From Hydrolagus affinis (taxonomy: Eukaryota), in NCBI GenBank assembly GCA_012026655.1, contig JAAILG010001052.1:1-64000 (forward strand): 64,000 nt of DNA, read 5' to 3'. The number at the start of each line of letters is the position of its first letter. Positions within the stretch are counted from its first letter, which is position 1. Below are positions 62,012-64,000 of this stretch, piece by piece. Position numbers and translations under genes: made by a program. The notes below the pieces were generated by a model that saw only the letters and a program-made list of their open reading frames with translations, did no database searches and was not told the DNA's origin.

Positions 62012-64000
62012 CTGGACACATTAAGGAAAACCACTTTGAAATACTAACATTGTGCTAACATTATGTTTTCTAACCGTGCTATCAATTAGAAAATCGTGTG
62101 CTTTTTTCCAACCCATCGTTATTGAGTAGAACACATGTAACAACGAGGTTGTAAATAGCATGAAGTTTCATAGGTTTACTTGAAAATACCACTCCCACTA
62201 CACTGAAATCACCAACAGCCAAAGATAGTTCCTTAAATTTATATCGGTGGCCAAGCTTTTAGCCTTTGAAAGTTTGGATTTCGAAATTCTGCAGAGGCAG
62301 CTCTCAACAGCAAGGCCAAGATGTCCTTTTAAATCATGGTCTGAGATCCATAGAAAACCCCACTTACGATGGTGAATTTAAATAAAAACCATTTGGCAAT
62401 TAACTGAGATGACATTTGAGAAAGCGAGGCTTCAAGCAGTCTTCCTTGTGTTTACTCTACTGTGAATAATAGATAGAAAGGAAAGCCACTAACAAAAATG
62501 AATATCTGGAAACAATTACAGTATTTCCAAAACATTTTTAACATTAATGGAACATCAAAGAAACAAAACAACATAAATTACAATATGTGCAGTACATAAA
62601 ATATTTTCCTACATGTACTTTCCCCATTAGTCTTTTACCCCAATGTCTGCTCAATTTGTACAAATACTATTTTCCCCTTAAAAGTACTGCCAGCAACCTT
62701 ATATGGAAATTGTTATGAGTTTTTTTAATATGTTTGGGTGGGGAGGGAAGAGTATGAGGCAGCACAGGAGAGACGTGAAGATAGCGACACCAGCTACTGT
62801 AGCCAATCCCCTCTCCCAGTTGCAAAACCTGACTCCATCACTGCTTTCACATCAGAAGCGGATGTTAAAGTACTTTACATGGCTGGTTTGGGAACTGGAA
62901 AGTGGTTTTGAACAGGCCAGTGGGATGGTTGATGAAGAGGGCACTGGGGCGTAGTTGATGAAGAGGGCATTGGGAAAGATTACCAAAAGGATAGACAAAG
63001 AGAGGTTTTGGGGCAGTTTCCAAATTGGGGAGGGGAGCCAGCACCTCTGACAATCGAGCTTCACCAGGACTGCGGTGATTGTCAGGGTAGATTGTAATTC
63101 CAATATGGGCTTCAATCCACAACCTCTGACCCAGAGGTGAGAGCGCTACGAGATGAGGCAAAATTACACCCATTTATCACAATCAATTAAAATGATTACA
63201 GATCATTTGGTTGTAAATTCCATAGTGAAAGATCTCAGTATGTGTTTAAATGCAGCTTTCTGCATTCCATGTTGCATTCCATGTGGCGAACACAATGCGT
63301 CTGGTGAGTCTTTGGTTCTTCATTAACAGTCCAAATGCTGCTACCCTAGCTACAGAGGTGGTTCTTAAAAAGGTACTCTCAGTTCAAGTCTTTACCCGAA
63401 TAAAGGCAATTTTACTTTTAACATGATGTCGATAGACTGTACTCACATATTGAAAAACAACATAGAAATGAGTGAAAATAGTGATTTCAGTGTTTACAGT
63501 ACTTAAATTCATGAATTGAACAGTATAAATCATGAAGTCATCGCCCTGAGCATTCTCTGTGACTACTTTACTGAAAGAAAAAAATCAGCCTTCCATCACC
63601 ATAATTTAGACATTTGTTCTACTTCAATGCACTTTCAATGTGTTCTCTTTAGAATTACAAAGATATTGGGTGAAATAATGACCATTTGATGAAATGCGTG
63701 TTCTCTGGAAGTGGTGTCTATGCATTTTCCTTGCACGCACAGCTCAATACTGTGTACTTTGATTAGTAATACAGTTCTCAATCAAATCAACATCAAACAA
63801 GCTTAACTGGTGGCTATTGCTCACTTAGACATGAACGTCAGAAAGATTCACTCAATCATCATAAAAATTCAATCTCTCCACTGTACACTCTATTCTGGTT
63901 ACATGAAAGAAGGAACCAAACAAGGCCTGGCAGTCAGGCAACCTGCTTTACAAATTCATTGACATTTGTGACATGATTGAAGATATTCTTCCTGGCTACG

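Noticed and set aside
1-64000. CRISPR array, prokaryotic operon or defence system
   Set aside because: The sequence is intron-rich vertebrate DNA; recurring motifs are dispersed SINE/LINE tails, not regularly spaced repeats with spacers.
62012-64000. Next upstream fat3 exon (EGF-like)
   Set aside because: No cysteine-patterned frame with a phase-1 donor was found; it presumably lies beyond the window.

Overview
Vertebrate genomic DNA, most likely from a cartilaginous fish. This is inferred from the repeat landscape (L2/CR1 LINE fragments, tRNA-derived SINEs with L2-type tails, shark-type Penelope-like palindromes); the species cannot be fixed from sequence alone. The window holds the 3' end of a protocadherin FAT3 gene on the minus strand. 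I reconstructed eight phase-compatible GT-AG coding exons by hand: laminin-G (2), EGF, EGF+TM+juxtamembrane, a cytoplasmic exon, 60-nt and 36-nt cassette exons, and a last exon ending in the PDZ-type motif HTQV. A ~3.3 kb candidate 3'UTR and ~17 kb of intergenic DNA follow. Nearly all other ORFs in the track are repeat-derived or chance. There are no prokaryotic systems and no CRISPR array, and I cannot claim a wholly new biological system. The strongest leads are: (1) a regulated microexon cluster in the FAT3 cytoplasmic tail, including a candidate 13/10/3-nt microexon; (2) a core-mutated minimal hammerhead ribozyme in sense orientation inside a fat3 intron; (3) recurrent back-to-back fused LINE/SINE tails; (4) three MITE-like DNA elements with readable TIRs and TSDs. 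Repeat boundaries are approximate; exon boundaries were read base by base.
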